From NCBI GenBank assembly GCA_963841015.1, contig CAWJAX010000003.1, positions 448,001 to 512,000 on the forward strand: DNA of 64,000 nt, written 5' to 3'. Each line of letters starts with the position of its first letter. The stretch's first letter is position 1. Positions 1 through 10,727 of the stretch are shown piece by piece. Below the pieces are notes generated by a model. That model was not told the DNA's origin, ran no database searches, and worked only from the letters and a program-made list of their open reading frames with translations. The translations under genes and the position numbers were made by a program. The stretch comes from an uncultured Methanoregulaceae archaeon (lineage in GTDB: Archaea > Halobacteriota > Methanomicrobia > Methanomicrobiales > Methanospirillaceae).

Positions 1-179
1 CTTTTTTAAAAGTCCACAAACACTGCATTACCCACCGCATCCCATGAGCTTCCTGATTATGCCTAAATTCGTTTTTTTGTGTCGTGTCTTATTATCTAAA
101 AAGCGCACTCAGGACTGACGTTCAGGCATCCATTGCGGGATGAAAAATTAAAACAGGGTGATTGTTTTTTCGCTTTTTT

Positions 180-446
180 TCATTTCTTCCATCGGCTGAT
201 GATTTCATCAAATGATTTCTGGATCTGCGCCTGCGTATCCTTAAGGGTTTTTTCAATGTACTGCTTTCCCTCTTCGGTTGTTATGAGATCATGGGTGACT
301 TTCATCACGTCATTCACGGATGATAGGAGAGATTGCGTTGCATAAGAAAATCTTTTATCAATGACATTTCCATCGGTGTGGGTGACAGATGGTTCGTTCT
401 CTTCTACCCACAGTCCTTTTTCAAAGTGCCCTTTTTTTCCCGTCAT
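180..446 (-). CDS. Small hypothetical protein (88 aa, helical C-terminus)
   Basis: ATG-initiated ORF preceded by AGGAG-like RBS on minus strand; natural composition; no recognised motif. Confidence 0.6.
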   Translation of the reverse strand: MTGKKGHFEKGLWVEENEPSVTHTDGNVIDKRFSYATQSLLSSVNDVMKVTHDLITTEEGKQYIEKTLKDTQAQIQKSFDEIISRWKK

Positions 447-1412
447 ATTCTTACTCCTTTTCTTTTCATTGACATCAGTTTTTCTGCATTGTAGAAAAAT
501 TTTTTTAATGAGAACTTATCGCTTTTACCGACGTTGTTGTTGTTATCTGGGGTATTGTGTTTGTCTGGGAGCACCAGATTACCATCTGTGGGATACTTCA
601 AGCCGATTGCATGCCATAATTGCACTTTCATTGCTCACTTGTATGACATTCATGCATTCGATTCATTCATGATTATTAATGGATCGTCAATACACACGTT
701 GTCGTATTACCTGTTTACTGTCGCAGCCATGAATGGAATTACAGGGCAATACGACTTGCCGGTTAGCAAAGATCGAATAAACCAATGAAAGCACATTGCC
801 CCGGATGTCAGAACCAGGTAAAGATGGATACGAAAAATACGGGATGAATAAATCCTGCATTCAGACCCTGCATCAAATCTGAATTTGTTGAACAGGATAA
901 TGATGAGTGCTTCTCTATAAGAAAAGTGGAAAGGAGAGACCCATTAGTCGATATCTTCTGACTTACATCCATGTATACACCACAAAGCTTCAGGGGGGTA
1001 TTTACCCTTGTTATCACGTGTGGCAATATGGACGGATCCACATACCTCGCATTGCATTTCACCGGTACAATCATCAATTAGATTCATAACCTCTTTTGCC
1101 ATTTTATCACCTGTTCTGTATATTTTTTCTTATTCAATTACTATATCGTTGGCGGTCTAGCAACCAAAATATGTTCAAACGGTATTCATATTTGTGTTCT
1201 TTTGGCAGATCGTACGGATGGGGGTGCATGCCTATGAGGCAAGGAAAGGCGGCAACTAATTGGTCCAGTTCCTTTTACTTAATTCAAATTGTAAGTGAAG
1301 GTGTTCCATTTACTTGGTTTTGAATTTACATAATCGCTGGAGCCTACTGCAGTCACACGCCACATTTTGGGATAAACTATGCAGTAGTCACAGACGAAGT
1401 TTTATATTCCCC

Positions 1413-2126
1413 TTATATCCGATCTCCCGCACTTATCAGCTGCTCATCGACCACCGCAGAAACCAGGGGTGGGAGATTTCCCCATTTCACCAGGGTCTCT
1501 CCCATAATGGCAAAAATCCCGGATACTTCATCCGGGTTTATCCGGTCGAGAACCTTCTGGTCATCGGGACGGATCTGGTTGCAGACCGATGTAGCCCAGG
1601 CATCGGCAAGCGCAACATCAGGAGAGAATATCGTAACAGCATCTGCACAACCAAAGGAGATAGAAGGTCCAACCGTTGCCGAAGAGGTGCATATACCCAG
1701 TATTTTCTCCTGCGGAGGGACAACAAAGGCAATCCGGTTGGAAAAAACTGCCTCACCGGCATGGACTCCGACCCGGACCGGGCGGTCGCTCAAGAGTGCA
1801 ATGTCACCACCGTTATCGATCACGCCGAACACTGCACCTGCATCCACCATTGCCTCAACACCAGCCCATGCAATTGCACCTGCCACAGCTGCCATGGGAC
1901 CAACACCGGCTTTTCGCGTGGCGTGGGCCATCCTGAGAATTATCTGCTCACTCGAGGCCGGCGTATAGGGATCAAAGGTAGAAAGAAAAAAAGGATCGCG
2001 GGCAATATGCGCCTCCAGCACCTGCCGTGCCTCAATCATACCGGATTTTGCAGCAGCAATATCCCCGGGCGCATCGGCAAGTATTGTTGCTATCGTTTCG
2101 CGGTACACAAATGGTGCACGAATCAT
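1413..2126 (-). CDS. UPF0280/ApbE-like protein (MA1715-type, sulfide assimilation)
   Basis: Motifs GVGPMAAVAGAIA, IDNGGDIAL, GICTSSATVGPSISFG, ADAWAT; ATGA overlap with upstream gene. Confidence 0.9.
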   Translation of the reverse strand: MIRAPFVYRETIATILADAPGDIAAAKSGMIEARQVLEAHIARDPFFLSTFDPYTPASSEQIILRMAHATRKAGVGPMAAVAGAIAWAGVEAMVDAGAVFGVIDNGGDIALLSDRPVRVGVHAGEAVFSNRIAFVVPPQEKILGICTSSATVGPSISFGCADAVTIFSPDVALADAWATSVCNQIRPDDQKVLDRINPDEVSGIFAIMGETLVKWGNLPPLVSAVVDEQLISAGDRI

Positions 2127-2509
2127 AAAGGAAGCGTGAGTGCCTGTTGCGGACACGCTTCGATACATTTACCGCAGAGCACGCATTTTTCTTCTGCCAG
2201 CTTCAGTTTAAAGTCACTGTCCAGCGAGAAGACCTCACGGGGACAGATGCTGATGCATGCTCCGCAATCCACGCATTCGCTCTCGTTTACACTGATGCCA
2301 TGTTCAAGGAGGTGTACCGTTGCACCGAGACTGATCATCGTATCCCTGACGAGCTGGCACTGGTCGTCCGGAACATCGATGAGTGCTTCTCCTTCCGATG
2401 AATCAATGATCGCCCGTTCAACATTGATCAGGACACCGGTGTCACGGACGACCTGTGCGATAATCGGTTTTCTCCCTTTCTTGCGCGAGAACGTCACCAG
2501 CAGTTTCAT
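2123..2509 (-). CDS. NIL domain + 2[4Fe-4S] ferredoxin (MA1822-type)
   Basis: N-terminal NIL-like domain; CVDCGACISICP and CVLCGKCIEACP motifs; coupled to DUF39 gene. Confidence 0.9.
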   Translation of the reverse strand: MKLLVTFSRKKGRKPIIAQVVRDTGVLINVERAIIDSSEGEALIDVPDDQCQLVRDTMISLGATVHLLEHGISVNESECVDCGACISICPREVFSLDSDFKLKLAEEKCVLCGKCIEACPQQALTLPL

Positions 2510-4014
2510 TTCAGCCACCTCCCGCCGAAAAGCTTTCCAAGATCTATTGCCGTAAGCATGGCAACCACATGGTGCCCGCCATCGATGACCGGCAGTGCAC
2601 TGATATTGTTCTTCTCGAGTTTTTGCACAGCGATATCCACAGCTTCATCGGGTGTTGTCGTGATGACTTTCTTTTTCATGATATCCTTGACGAAGAGGGC
2701 TTTGCCGGGATTTGCAACCGCTTTTGATACATCAAACGTTGTTACTATACCGACCAGGATATTGTCATTGTTGATGACCGGGAGATGGTTGGTATCCCCC
2801 TTCAGGAGTTTTTTTGCCGCTGTGGTAATCTCTTCATCCTGCCGGATACTGACGACCTGACGGTCCATGATGTCCAGCACCCGCGGGCCTTTTACACTCT
2901 GGTGCATGGATTTTACCGGCTTTTTTGAATCGATCAGGCGGGTAGGAAGCGTGAGTTGCATTTTACCGGCTTCAACCCAGTGTTTCAGCTCACCGGCTAC
3001 CTGCCTTGCCTTCCGGAAGCTGGAGAGTGATGACGTCTTTATCTCCTCTCCATTCATTTCGACGGCACCGCTCCGCAGTTCAGCATAGGTTACTTTCCTG
3101 AGGGCAGGACGATTCCTGCTCGGCACACCATAATCGAGAAGATCTACTGAAATGTCCTCATCACGGACAGCAGTTGCCCGCACTACATCAAGATCGAGCA
3201 CCGGGAGGGGGATGCCAAGTCCCACATACAGCGTAACCCCGTATCCGGTCATAGTCGCCGCCCGCATGTAGTCCTGCGACATCTCCTTTAAGTCCCCTGT
3301 TACCATCAGGGTACCAAATCCCCCGGCTGGCGAGTGCTGGGTTCCCTCACCAACAACCATTCCCTGAGCCCCGCATAAAAAGATAGGAACACCGCTGCCT
3401 ATAAGCCGGAGCTTGGGATCATTGGAGAGCGGGTTTAAGACTCCCGCTCCAGAATATGATACATTACCGCAATTGGGCAGCAGCACCCCCATATAGGTAT
3501 GCAAAACGCGGTCCGTTGAATTGCTCGCCGCGTTATAGCGCTGGTACGCATTGCGCGGGTTGCACATGATGGCCTGGTTGAAATGTTCGAGCAGGAGATC
3601 GGTGGTTATTGTCCTGCGCGGGTAACAGTCAGTACCCCGTGAACTTGCCCGGAGTTCTACGGATTTTCCTGCCACAAGGTCCTCGATTACATGCGCTCCG
3701 CCATATTGCTCTTCAAGGGTATCGGACTGCTGTGTCGCACCAATATATGTATCGACTGCTGCCAGCCCGCCGTATCCTTCCACGTTGTTCAGCCAGATTC
3801 GTTCCATCCGGATCGGTGGTTCGGCATGCCCGAAATTGAGGAATGCACCTGATGAGCACATGGCCCCGAATGTCCCCGTAGTAACAACGTCAACTTCTTT
3901 GAGCGCCCCCAATTCACCCAGCTCGGCAACAATAGCGGGCATTTCCTCGGCAGTGACAACGCGGGCAGTGCCGTCCCGGATCCGCTCGTTGATCTGATCG
4001 ATGGACTTGTGCAT
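2506..4014 (-). CDS. DUF39-CBS homocysteine biosynthesis protein (L-aspartate semialdehyde sulfurtransferase, MA1821-type)
   Basis: DVVTTGTFGAMCSSGAFLNFGH signature, NPRNAYQRY, C-terminal CBS pair. Confidence 0.92.
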   Translation of the reverse strand: MHKSIDQINERIRDGTARVVTAEEMPAIVAELGELGALKEVDVVTTGTFGAMCSSGAFLNFGHAEPPIRMERIWLNNVEGYGGLAAVDTYIGATQQSDTLEEQYGGAHVIEDLVAGKSVELRASSRGTDCYPRRTITTDLLLEHFNQAIMCNPRNAYQRYNAASNSTDRVLHTYMGVLLPNCGNVSYSGAGVLNPLSNDPKLRLIGSGVPIFLCGAQGMVVGEGTQHSPAGGFGTLMVTGDLKEMSQDYMRAATMTGYGVTLYVGLGIPLPVLDLDVVRATAVRDEDISVDLLDYGVPSRNRPALRKVTYAELRSGAVEMNGEEIKTSSLSSFRKARQVAGELKHWVEAGKMQLTLPTRLIDSKKPVKSMHQSVKGPRVLDIMDRQVVSIRQDEEITTAAKKLLKGDTNHLPVINNDNILVGIVTTFDVSKAVANPGKALFVKDIMKKKVITTTPDEAVDIAVQKLEKNNISALPVIDGGHHVVAMLTAIDLGKLFGGRWLK

Positions 4015-4024
4015 ACCAGAAATA

Positions 4025-4052
4025 CGCTTTAATGTATATTTAAATTAATTGT
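4025..4052. promoter_or_regulatory. Divergent AT-rich promoter region (TATA-like boxes)
   Basis: TTTAATGTATATTTAAATTAATT between divergent DUF39 and Nif3 starts. Confidence 0.5.
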
Positions 4053-4104
4053 TATTATCCACGGTAATATGTGTTTTTTTAACCCCACCTAACGATACTT
4101 GTCT

Positions 4105-4812
4105 ATGCATGTGCATGCCTTTATTGAAGAGATGGAGCGTCTCGCCCCCCCCGAGCTTGCTGAGGATTTCGATGCCGGACGAATCGGGCTTGTAGTTGAA
4201 GGAAAACAGGAAATTTCCCGGGTGTGCTGCGCACTGGATGCTACACAGAACGTGGTACAACAGGCAATAACAGCATCGGCTGATATGCTGGTAGTCCATC
4301 ACACACCCTTGTGGACACCGGTTACGACCATTACCGGGCGGACAGCCGGATTGATGCGCGCCCTGCTCTCTGCAGACATGAACCTCTATGTCATGCACAC
4401 AAATTTCGACAGGGCACCTGAGGGGGTTAACGATGCCCTTGCAGAGATTCTCTCGCTCAAAGACGTTTCACGCATGTCCACAGGATGTATTGGTTCCTGC
4501 ACGCTATCCCCTGCTGAGATATCGAAACGTCTTGGAGGAAATTGCCGTCTCTGGGGAAAGGTAAAAAAGATCCGGCGGCTGGCACTTGTCGCCGGCAGTG
4601 GTTTTGATCCGGCTTTTCTAAAAGAGGCAAAAGCACTGGGTGCTGATACATTTCTTTCTGCTGAAATGAAACATTCGGTTGCACGCACTGCTGCCCTGCC
4701 CTGCATTGAAGCAACCCACTACGCACTTGAGGCTCCCGCTATGCAGCGCCTTTCCACCCGGATGGACTGGCAGTATATTGACGATCCACCTGTCTTTCAG
4801 ATAATCCCATGA
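4105..4812 (+). CDS. Nif3-like dinuclear metal-centre protein (YbgI family)
   Basis: LAPPELAEDFD..IGL, VVHHTPLW, HTNFD, GVNDALA, EATHYALE motifs. Confidence 0.92.
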   Translation: MHVHAFIEEMERLAPPELAEDFDAGRIGLVVEGKQEISRVCCALDATQNVVQQAITASADMLVVHHTPLWTPVTTITGRTAGLMRALLSADMNLYVMHTNFDRAPEGVNDALAEILSLKDVSRMSTGCIGSCTLSPAEISKRLGGNCRLWGKVKKIRRLALVAGSGFDPAFLKEAKALGADTFLSAEMKHSVARTAALPCIEATHYALEAPAMQRLSTRMDWQYIDDPPVFQIIP

Positions 4813-5126
4813 GCGATCTCTGGCAGCGCCTCGCCCAAAAAAAGGGTCTCGATGCATCCCTTCGTCTCGAGATCGAAGAAACTTTCGGCACACGGGGGAA
4901 AAAAGCCCTTGCTGCACTCGATTCAGGTAAAATCAAAAAATACCTGGATTTTTTTGTCGTAGAAGGCAGGACTGCCGAATATGTGGTGGATGAAGATTTC
5001 TGTACCTGTGGCGATTTTCTCTACCGTGGCAGGACGTGCTGGCACCTGCTGGCAGTCAGGATAGCGCAGGAGACCGGAACATTCCGGCACATCGAAACCT
5101 GGTACCAGGATACCTGGAAAAAATAA
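4809..5126 (+). CDS. SWIM zinc-finger protein
   Basis: FCTCGDF...CWHLLAV (CxC-xn-CxH). Confidence 0.85.
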   Translation: MSDLWQRLAQKKGLDASLRLEIEETFGTRGKKALAALDSGKIKKYLDFFVVEGRTAEYVVDEDFCTCGDFLYRGRTCWHLLAVRIAQETGTFRHIETWYQDTWKK

Positions 5127-5187
5127 GCGTATACAATACAATAATTACCGTTCGTAATCAACTGTACTGACGATTACGTGATAATTC

Positions 5188-7928
5188 ATGCTCGAAGAAG
5201 AATACCAGCTGGAATATTTTAAGACCCAGGGAATGGTGCGCAAGGTCTGTAAAAGTTGCGGCTCAGCATTCTGGACACGTGACAGTTCCCGCGAAATATG
5301 CGGTGATGCTCCTTGTGAACCCTATAATTTTATCGGTAACCCGGTCTTCAACACTCATTCCCTTGACAGCATGCGTGAGGCTTACCTCTCCTTTTTTGAA
5401 AAGCATGGCCACACCCGCCTCGGGCGTTACCCGGTCGTTGCACGCTGGCGGGACGATATCTACCTCACTATCGCATCGATTGCTGATTTCCAGCCCTTTG
5501 TAACCGGGGGTATCGTTCCACCTCCGGCAAATCCGCTCACCATATCCCAGCCGTGCATCCGGCTCAATGATCTCGATTCAGTCGGCAGATCAGGGCGGCA
5601 CCTCACAACATTTGAGATGATGGCGCATCACGCTTTCAACACACCTGCAGAAGAGATCTACTGGAAAGACCGGACCGTGGAACTGTGCGACCAGTTCATC
5701 GCCTCCATCGGGGGGGACATCACCAAAGTCACGTATAAGGAGCACCCTTGGATCGGTGGCGGGAATGCAGGACCAAGTGTTGAAGTGCTTATTGGCGGAC
5801 TCGAGATTGCAACCCTGGTCTTCATGAGCCTCGGTCGTCAAAAGACTTCAGCACCGGGATATGACCTGAACGGGGAAATGTACTACCCGATGAAGCTCCG
5901 GATTGTCGATACGGGTTACGGGCTTGAACGACTTGTATGGGCATCCAAGGGTTCACCTACCATCTATGATGCAGTTTTCCCGGAGATGGTCAGCAGAGTA
6001 ATGAGTGCAGCCGGGCTCTCGCATATGCTGGACAACAAGGAGTTCACCAAGATCCTGGCTCTCAATGCAAAATTTGCCGGGCTCATGGACATCTCCGGCA
6101 CGAATCTGTTCCAGCTGCGCAAGAAAGTAGCATCAGCAATTGATATTTCCCCGGAAAAACTCGACAAGATGATCACCCCTATCGAGAAGGTATACGCGGT
6201 AGTTGATCACACCCGCTGTCTGGCGTACATGCTCGGCGATTCCATCGTTCCGTCCAATGTCCGGGAGGGCTACCTTGCCCGCCTTGTCATCCGGAGAACG
6301 CTGCGGATGATGAACGAACTTAAAATACAGGAACCGCTTGCCGATCTTGTCGAACAGCAGACGAGAATCATCGGCATAAATGCTTTTGAGCAGGATATTT
6401 CCATTGTCCGCGAGATTATTGACCGGGAGACCGAGAAATACGCATCCACGCTCGAACGTGGAACGAGGATAGTACAGAAAATTGCAAAATCCTACAAAGC
6501 CAAGAGCCAGCGTGTCCCGCTCTCCGAGATCATCACCCTCTACGATTCACACGGCATCCAGCCTGAAATGGTGAAGGATATTGCAACAAAAGAAGGTGCT
6601 GTTGTTGACCTTCCTGACAATTTCTATTCAATGGTTGCAGATATGCATTCCGAGTCGAAAAAAGAGGTTGTTGAGGACAAAACCTCGAAGTATCTGGCAC
6701 GTGTCGATGGACTCCCTCCGACAAAAAGCTCTTCTATGACCAGTCCTCTGACATCGAATTCGAGGCGGTCGTGCTTGACTTTTTTGATGGCTATGCGGTA
6801 ACCGACCAGACGCTCTTTTACCCTGAAGGTGGTGGCCAGCCGGCAGACACCGGTTCGCTGGTCAGTTCTGACAGTATGGTCCGGGTTGACGGGGTGGTAA
6901 AGATCGGGGAAGTGATACTCCACCACATCACCGGAGGAGTTCTCCGGCGTGGTGAACGGGTAAAAGGGATGGTAGATGAGGAGCGGAGATGGTCCCTGAT
7001 GCGCCATCATACCGCTACGCATATTCTTCTCCATGCTGCAAAAGAGGTCCTGGGAGTGCATATTCACCAGGCAGGAGCGCAGAAAGGAAGCGAAAGTTCC
7101 CGTATTGATATCCGGCACTTCAAGCATATCACCCCAGATGAACTCCGTAAAATTGAGACTGAGGCAAACCGGATGATCATGGCCAGCCAGCCGGTAGAGA
7201 TCTCGGTTGAGGACCGTACAAAAGCCGAGCAGAAATATGGTTTTTCCCTGTACCAGGGTGGCGTTCCCCCGGGGAAGGATATCCGGGTTGTGAAAGTCGC
7301 CGGTGATATCGAAGCCTGCGCCGGTACCCACTGCCGGAACACCGGTGAAGTCGGCGTAATCAAGATCATTCGGGTCGAGCATATCCAGGACGGTATTGAA
7401 CGCATCGAATTTTCCGCGGGTCTGGCCGCGATCTTCTATATGCAGCACCTTGAAAACATTGTTGCATCCTCGTCTGAAGTCCTCTCGGTGCAGCCGGATA
7501 ACCTCCCGTCAAGCGTGTCGCGGTTCTTCAATGAATGGAAGGATCAAAAGAAAGATATCGACCGGATGAGTGCCCGGCTGGTAGACCTTGAGATGCAGGC
7601 AATCGTTGCAGAATCAATAAGCGGTGTTTCGGTGGTCATCCGGCGTATCGATCTCCCCGCAAAAGAGCTCGCTGCACTCGCGACATCCATCTCAGAGAAA
7701 GGGGGCGTTGCTCTGATTGCCGGGGCCGGGGATACCGTGCGGGTAGTACTCACGTCAGGTGACTCGCGGGTGAACGCCGGCGAGATCATCAGCCAGGTCT
7801 GCAGCCTCCTCGGGGGAAAAGGTGGCGGTAAACCAGCGATGGCGCAGGGTGGCGGACCGGATGTAAACCAGCTTGACCTTGCCTTAAAGGTAGGACGCGA
7901 GCGGATAATCGCGGCGCTGCATGGCTGA
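5188..7928 (+). CDS. alaS: Alanyl-tRNA synthetase, archaeal type; apparent 1-nt deletion at ~6723-6727 splits the ORF
   Basis: RWRDDIYLTIASIADFQP, HTRC, editing HTATH...CAGTH, C-Ala GGKGGG; adding one A to ACAAAAAGCTC restores TKKLFYDQ..EFEAVVLD. Confidence 0.95.
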
Positions 7929-8679
7929 TAATGTTGTAATCCTGGAACCCGGCGATGAGCGGGCACAGAAGATTTCAAAAGCGATGGCCAGCCAGACCGC
8001 AAGTGACATCCTCCAGCTCCTTGCGGAGGGCCAGAAAAGCCTCACCGAGATCACTGACAGGCTTGATATTCCCCTGACAACCGCAAAATATCATATCGAG
8101 AACCTGCTCGAAGCAGGTCTGATCACGGTTGCAGAAACAAAATACAGTGTCAAAGGACGGGAAATAAAAATCTATGCCGTGACAAACCAGCTCCTGATCG
8201 TTGCCCCCCGCCAGTCCAATGTGCGATCACTGCTGTTGAAATACGCTTCACTCTTTGGGATTGTCCTGTTCGGGTCGCTGGTTATTGCCATGCTGTCCCC
8301 TGTCCTCGGGCAGGGAATCACGGCCGGGAGCTCCATGAACGGGGCAACGCGAATGGCAGCACAGGAATCAGCAGTCACGTCAGCAAAAGCAGTAACCGAC
8401 GGGTTAATGCAAAATGCGACAGCAGCTCCTGAAATGACTGCTGCCGCAGCAAAGGGAGTACCGGGTTTTGTTGCCGGAAACCTCACCCCGGAACCTACAC
8501 TCCTGCCCACCATTGTTCAGGCGCCGATGGTCACTCCGGTTCCCGTCCCTCCGGGTATTGGTGCACAAGCAGCCGCAGTACTACCGGATCCGGCACTGAC
8601 ATTTTTCCTTGGCGGTTTACTGGTGATCCTCCTGCTGGTTGTCTATGAAGTGTATCTCTGGAAAAAAATGAAGTCATAG
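7921..8679 (+). CDS. ArsR-type wHTH regulator with two TM helices and Ala/Thr/Pro-rich linker
   Basis: KAMASQTASDILQLL..SLTEI..L.IPLTTAKYHIENLLEAGLI HTH; hydrophobic segments after the HTH and at the C-terminus. Confidence 0.8.
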   Translation: MADNVVILEPGDERAQKISKAMASQTASDILQLLAEGQKSLTEITDRLDIPLTTAKYHIENLLEAGLITVAETKYSVKGREIKIYAVTNQLLIVAPRQSNVRSLLLKYASLFGIVLFGSLVIAMLSPVLGQGITAGSSMNGATRMAAQESAVTSAKAVTDGLMQNATAAPEMTAAAAKGVPGFVAGNLTPEPTLLPTIVQAPMVTPVPVPPGIGAQAAAVLPDPALTFFLGGLLVILLLVVYEVYLWKKMKS

Positions 8680-8796
8680 CGTGATTCAAGAATCCATCTC
8701 ATTTTTTCAGCCATTCTAATCGAGACCGTATTTTTTAATCATCTTTCAACACTCTCAAACCCTACCTTTGACCTTTCACCGGACTCCCTCGTGCTA

Positions 8797-9100
8797 AAAT
8801 AACCTGAAATCACGGCTTTTAAGCGAAAATAACCTTTTATATTCGCCAATTTTCGATCCCCTTTTAGAGGGCCGCCAATGCCCTTTGGGTGGCCGAACCT
8901 GACCTTCAAAGGCTGAAGAAGGGTCAGGATCGAAACTCACGCAGCTTTGAGGGTCGAAATTGGGGCTCAAAATCTGGATATTTTGCCAAAAACGTCTCAA
9001 ATTTCAGATTTTCTGAACAGGGTTCAATCGGAGCGTTTTGCGAGATTTTCCGGAAGAGGAAGCGGGTAATCGGAGCCCGATGCGGGGTTATTTTACCCTG
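8797..9100 (+). repeat. Non-coding dispersed repeat family 2, copy A
   Basis: Collinear similarity blocks with the reverse complement of 51200-51480 (ATATTCGC; TATTTTG.CAAA; AATCGGAGCCC). Confidence 0.6.
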
Positions 9101-9207
9101 ATTAAGAGTATCGGGATTACAAGGTTGCATGTTTCCCGCTACCTTAGGTAAAAAACGAACATCTATTTTTTAAGCCTTACAAACCAGGTAAAAAAAGTGC
9201 TATTCTC

Positions 9208-10033
9208 TTATCGCTTTTTCATCAGGACTACGGTGACTAAACCAACAAACGAGAGCGCTGCAATAATTGGCAGGAGGGAAAGAGGTGCCTGCGTGGTTGT
9301 AGGCAGGGGGGCAGGTACTGTTGTCGGGGGGCGGGAGGTAACTGCCGTTGTTGTACGAACGGTTGTCGGTACTGTTGCAGGAGCGGTAACGGTGAATGTT
9401 TTCACCCCGATATAGACTCTTTTGATCTTTAAAATATACATCATACTGACCAGGCTTTATCACCGGAACTTTTTGCGTGAATTCTCCTGCCCCGGACTGA
9501 ATGAGTTCTGTTGTACCTATCCACTTCGGCCCGAAGATGCTGTCGCCATCAGGTCCCCTGACCTCAATCTGAACTCCGTCATTTCCTATTTTCGTGATAT
9601 ACCCCTCGATGCGGAGTGCATCGACAAGGGCCTGTGTCATGGGGGAGGTAATCGTTATCTCGCCTGTACGGTCGATAAGTACCGGGAGTTGCAGGGTTAT
9701 GGAATCGGTTGACAACCGACCCTCATCGTTACCCATGAAATCTATCTCCACCTTGTATTGCCCACCGGGTAATCCCTTGGTATCCAGTATCGAGTACTGG
9801 GTGGGATTATTCTCCTGTATGGTCATAGTCTGGCTTTTGACGGGAGTTGCGGTATATCCGGATTGGTACATCGCCACATCAAAAGTTGTCCCGGCAGGGA
9901 AGTTACTGTCAATGGAACATTTTAACGGAATGCCAACCTGCACCGATGCCGGACAGCTGAGATAGAACTGGTATGCTGATGCTGTCCCGATAATACACAT
10001 CATGCAGAGAACGATGAGTATGATCTTTTTCAT
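9208..10033 (-). CDS. Secreted/surface protein with Thr/Pro linker and C-terminal TM + basic tail (PGF-CTERM-like anchor); frameshift near 9415
   Basis: Signal peptide MKKIILIVLC..ASA; second frame supplies TVTAPATVPTT..APLS-TM-MKKR. Confidence 0.75.
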
Positions 10034-10121
10034 ATCTACAGCATCGAATGGCCGTCATTAAAAGGTTTCCCGTTATTATGGGGAATTATGATAGTGAAAC
10101 AACCAGGTAGTTGCGATACGG

Positions 10122-10727
10122 TTATATCATACCGATGAAATTGTTCAGCAGACGAAGACCGATCGCGCCGCTCTTCTCAGGGTGGAACTGGACACCGTAG
10201 GTATTATTTTTCCCCACCGATGACGCAAAAGGACAGATATACCGGGTGGTTGTAAGCGAATATTCAGGAGTTGTATCGACATAATAGGAATGGACAAAGT
10301 ACACATATTCGTCCAGGCCAAAACCGGCAAAAAGCGGGTTATCAGTATGTTCAATTGCCAGAGAATTCCAGCCCATGTGAGGAATTTTATACCCTGATCC
10401 CCGGGGAAATCGCTTTACACGCCCCGGGATAAGCCCGAGTCCCTGGTGAATTCCATGCTCCTCGCTTGTATCCATCAGCATCTGCATGCCAAGACAGATC
10501 CCGAGCAGGGGAACATCACGGGTTGCCTCAATTACGGTTTCTTTTAAGAAACCCAGCTGGTCCATTCCCTCGCGGAACGCTCCAACACCGGGAAGCACAA
10601 GACCATCTGCAGCTGCGATCTCTTCCTTCTCTGAGGTAATTATCGCATTCGCTCCGGCTTTTTCAAGTCCGCGGATAACACTCCGCAGGTTCCCGAGCCC
10701 GTAATCAATAATGGCTATCTTCGTCAT
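10122..10727 (-). CDS. hisH: Imidazole glycerol phosphate synthase glutaminase subunit
   Basis: IIDYGLGNLRS, LPGVGAF, LGICLGMQ, YFVHSYY, QFHPEKS. Confidence 0.96.
   Translation of the reverse strand: MTKIAIIDYGLGNLRSVIRGLEKAGANAIITSEKEEIAAADGLVLPGVGAFREGMDQLGFLKETVIEATRDVPLLGICLGMQMLMDTSEEHGIHQGLGLIPGRVKRFPRGSGYKIPHMGWNSLAIEHTDNPLFAGFGLDEYVYFVHSYYVDTTPEYSLTTTRYICPFASSVGKNNTYGVQFHPEKSGAIGLRLLNNFIGMI

Noticed and set aside
443-631. 62-aa ORF with an Asn run
   Set aside because: No RBS or motif, and may derive from a GTT microrepeat; cannot be supported as a gene
1314-2555. 413-aa plus-strand ORF, and other long antisense ORFs (28589-29839, 55349-56242, 57798-58940, 59731-60579)
   Set aside because: Shadow frames opposite well-conserved genes, with no motifs of their own
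1413-4014. DUF39-CBS/NIL-ferredoxin/ApbE-like operon as a novel system
   Set aside because: Already described sulfide-assimilation/homocysteine pathway of methanogens
6715-6735. Programmed -1 frameshift in alaS
   Set aside because: No full X_XXY_YYZ slippery heptamer in frame, and many similar indels in the window make sequencing error more parsimonious
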